The notes below the pieces were generated by a model, which saw only the letters and a program-made list of their open reading frames with translations, was not told the DNA's origin and did no database searches. Of a stretch of 64,000 nucleotides of DNA, positions 61,301-64,000 are shown piece after piece. The DNA lies in contig OZ316893.1 in NCBI GenBank assembly GCA_973895155.1, positions 10,359,660 through 10,423,659 of the forward strand, in the 5' to 3' direction. Source of the DNA: Marsupella aquatica. Lineage: Eukaryota > Plantae > Marchantiophyta. The translations under genes and the position numbers were made by a program. Position 1 is the first letter of the stretch. Each line of letters starts with the position of its first letter.

Positions 61301-61791
61301 TCCGACGTTGGCTTACCAAAGGTTTTACTTTTTGGCATTTGCTTCAGCCGCTGAACACTTTGCAGACTGCAAAAATCTCTGTCATTTTCCCCACTTAGTG
61401 CCTTCTTCGTCTTTCCAAATCCAGTCTTCATGAATTCATGAGACCGTTTCCCAGACATCCAAATAGGCATTGAACCTTCCAGATTACTCCCCAATTTGTC
61501 CTTTGTTGGTGACAAAGGAGATACAACTTGACGTCCAGGGGGACCAATACTCTCCAAGGAGTCAGAGGAGCTCCCTGACCTCTCTTTACCACCGACCAAT
61601 GATTTCTTCCCACTAATTGCAAGTCGTAAAGGACTACGTTTTAACTTGCTCATAGGGGTGGGGGGTGGCATATCTAAAACAATAGTTATTCCAGGGATAT
61701 CTGGGCCAACCACTGTGCAGGGGCCATCCGGCAATGAAACATCATCAGAAACTCCATCTGAATAATCATCTGATTCGTAACACGCCGCCAT
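58394..61791 (-). pseudogene. Sola-like / DUF7869-type DDD transposase; apparent 1-nt frameshift near the intron (60225-60127)
   Basis: Motifs: CCQSHC, CRKAF, CADCEEF, IDGMDQ, QLDNTSRENKN, FLLVGHTHDQIDQMFS. The donor after 60226 and the acceptor before 60126 are out of phase by one base. Confidence 0.72.
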
Positions 61792-62348
61792 TGGAAAAAC
61801 TAGTGCAAATTGACAAGAAACTCAGAAAATCAGTAAAATCTAACAAATGTTCTCAAAATAATGACCAAGAGTCATGAATAAACGAGCCTATTTATAGTTT
61901 TTCATGGATTGTTGGGACTTTTTAACTTCAAAAATATCAAATATTCATGAAATTTGCAAGCTTTTTCCCGTTAATACCCCGAAATATTCATGAATAATTG
62001 GCCCAAAAACATTGATTTATCATGATTCTGGGTTAATTTTACTAAGTCGCGCCTGATCCGTGATTAGTATGTATAACCAAGGAACACGGGGCAGCCCATT
62101 CATTTTCACTCAATGTCATTTGGATTTCCTTTGTAAAAGAGTGAAAAACAATCTCGCTATCCAATTTCGTGCCATTTTCAGCACTCATCGGCGACGTGTC
62201 GCGAGTTGTCGCGGTCGCACTTCATTTCGACCCTGTTTTAGGTAGTAATTTAGGCCCTGGGTGATTTCTTCACGTCACCCCCCTCCGAACCCTATTTTAA
62301 ATACCCTTCTGCATCACCGAGGTGTACAAGCAAAGAGAGAGGAGACTC

Positions 62349-62405
62349 CCTTCATGAATTCATGAAGGTCGGAGCGAGAGGGAGACTCCCTTCATGAATT
62401 CATGA
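62349..62405. repeat. Duplicated palindrome: CCTTCATGAATTCATGAAGG (perfect, 20 bp) plus a second copy 40 bp downstream
   Basis: GGAGACTCCCTTCATGAATTCATGA occurs at 62341 and 62381, in the divergent promoter region. Confidence 0.85.
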
Positions 62406-62570
62406 TAGGAGTCCTGGGGTGGCCGAGAGCGTTGTTAGATCCGTAAGGACACGGTTTTAGTAGCCATTTGTTGGCACATTCCTTGGTTCTGTGGCACTTT
62501 GTCTCGCAGGTTGGGGTTGAAGTGGACTGATTTTGTGGTATGTTCTCAGGTTTGAAGATCAGGCAAAAAC

Positions 62571-64000
62571 ATGACAATGTCGTAGGAAGAGCTGGTGGAT
62601 GACATCTTTTCGCGCCATCCTTTGACGGACTTCCACAACTCATCCTGGACGATTTCCTTAGGGATGGAAACATGGAAGAAGCCCTTCCTAATGCTGTGTG
62701 TATTTGAGGGGCTTCCATCGGGGGCATTAGGGTGGGTAAATTACGGCCGCATCGATGTATTTCGACGGGGCGACGAAGTTGTGAACATGTTGATCACAAC
62801 GAAGGAAACATCAACTTTGATTGTCGTGGATGTGGAGAGGTTTTCTGGAACGGCTGCCACCTGCTATCTCGATGAGGACATCGATAGCATCATTGAGACT
62901 GTCAAGTCTCTTTCGAGTGAGGAACGTTACCACGACGTCGTGGGAAAGATTTCCGGTTTTGTGTTTGAATTTCACGCTAGCACTTTAAAGAGTGCAATCC
63001 GAAAATCAAGAGAGATTCTCCGGAAAAGGTCGGCAGAGAAGGGAGTAAGTCGTCCACCCAAATCTGGGGCTTCCGGTGTTCCTTCTGGATCGAGGCCTAG
63101 CATTTTACCCGATGATATTTTGACCGTGGTAGCGCCTACAACCTCCCGGGAAGCAGCAGCATCTGGAGGGGGATCTCAAGTTGGCAGATCATCCCAGGGA
63201 ACGGCTTTGACTGGTGGGTCGGCACAAGGTACGACTGGAACTCGCATTTCTTCAAAGAAGCGACCTGCTATGACTCCTGAGCCTACCGAGCCCAGTGCTA
63301 CAAAGTCAAAAAAGAAGACTTTGGAGAAAATTCCAACGCATTTGGAGCAAAAGGCTCAATCAATGTCAATGGATGCACGGGTATTGTACCAGGAGGAGAT
63401 TCTGGGAAGATGTGGTGTTCAAGAGGAGACCGTGACCGTTGACATTGGTCAACTTTACCCTCCAGTGAGAGAGAAGGCTGTGGGCTTGCCCATTTACCAG
63501 GTCCGACACATCCAACCATATTTCTTGACCCAATTGACCTTGCGGATGAAGACTGTAGGTGCCAGTCCACTTGCAGCTCCGTTTGTCCTCTTGGTGGATC
63601 CGAAGGAGTGTGCTACTAGGCAAGACTTTGATTTTTCAAGGAAAGCTGATTACCATTATTATGTGATTGGGGGCAACCATTCAGCCTGTGCCAAAGCAGA
63701 CCTTGCTCTTCAGTTCCCTAACAACAAGGCATTTCGGAGAGTGCAATCTTGGATATTTGCGGGATTGAGTGTGCAAGAGGCAAGAAACCTTGCGTGGAGT
63801 CACAATATTGATTCTGAATTTCGACAACAGATGACGACAATCCAGAGAGTAAATTATATTCACATGAGATTTGTTGAGAATGGATTGTCGTCCAACCAGG
63901 ATTTCAAGAAAGAGTGTGCTACTGAAATCAATCTCAAGGATTGGGGTGTACGAAAGGATGCTGAGGTTCTTAATGCCAATGATAACCTATTTCAGTTGGC
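62571..64000 (+). CDS. Long ORF running off the window with a ParB/Srx-like domain (absent from the supplied ORF track)
   Basis: ATG at 62571, TAG at codon 5, then >470 open codons (next ATG 62664). Reads VDIGQLYPP...YQVR...PFVLLVD...YYVIGGNHSACA...LSVQEARNLAWSHNID...MTTIQRV. Confidence 0.65.

Larger units (their letters stand above)
21937..64000 (+). mobile_element. CACTA-A (EnSpm/CMC) element, outer host of three insertions; right end lies beyond the window
   Basis: Starts CACTAGTAGGA and is followed by dense AATGAC/GTCATT subterminal repeats. Its transposase can be rebuilt from 37365-37855 plus 48154-50238. Confidence 0.75.
50239..64000. mobile_element. CACTA-C element inserted in the CACTA-A transposase; right end lies beyond the window
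   Basis: CACTACTACAC begins exactly where the CACTA-A transposase frame loses homology (after AEGYAF). TCGCA/TGCGA subterminal repeats follow, and the gene layout matches CACTA-B. Confidence 0.85.

Overview
Eukaryotic land-plant genomic DNA, probably a non-seed plant or bryophyte (inference from compact introns and the TE and NLR types). The left third (1-18 kb) is ordinary gene space: the 3' part of EMC6 with a U12-type intron, a complete 6-exon NLR with a non-TIR helical N-terminus (~965 aa), and a 12-exon SPB1/FTSJ3 rRNA methyltransferase. From ~20.6 kb to the end is one nest of transposons, resolved from terminal repeats and target-site duplications (TSDs). A Copia element is broken by CACTA-A, which starts at 21937. 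CACTA-A hosts three insertions: a complete CACTA-B (26822-37091, TSD AAT), a complete P-superfamily-like element (37856-48145, 8-bp TSD CAGTAGCC, intact ~1490-aa transposase) and CACTA-C (from 50239). CACTA-C is itself interrupted by a Sola/DUF7869-like element. The main observation is that two divergent CACTA families (B and C) each encode a SET-domain (lysine methyltransferase fold) protein as an alternative terminal exon inside intron 1 of their transposase gene. Most other elements in the nest also carry an accessory module: an EDM2-like PHD cassette (P-like), a ParB-like domain (Sola-like), an RNase H1 hybrid-binding domain (CACTA-A) and an antisense F-box-like ORF (Copia). All domain calls come from motif recognition by eye; no database searches were run.
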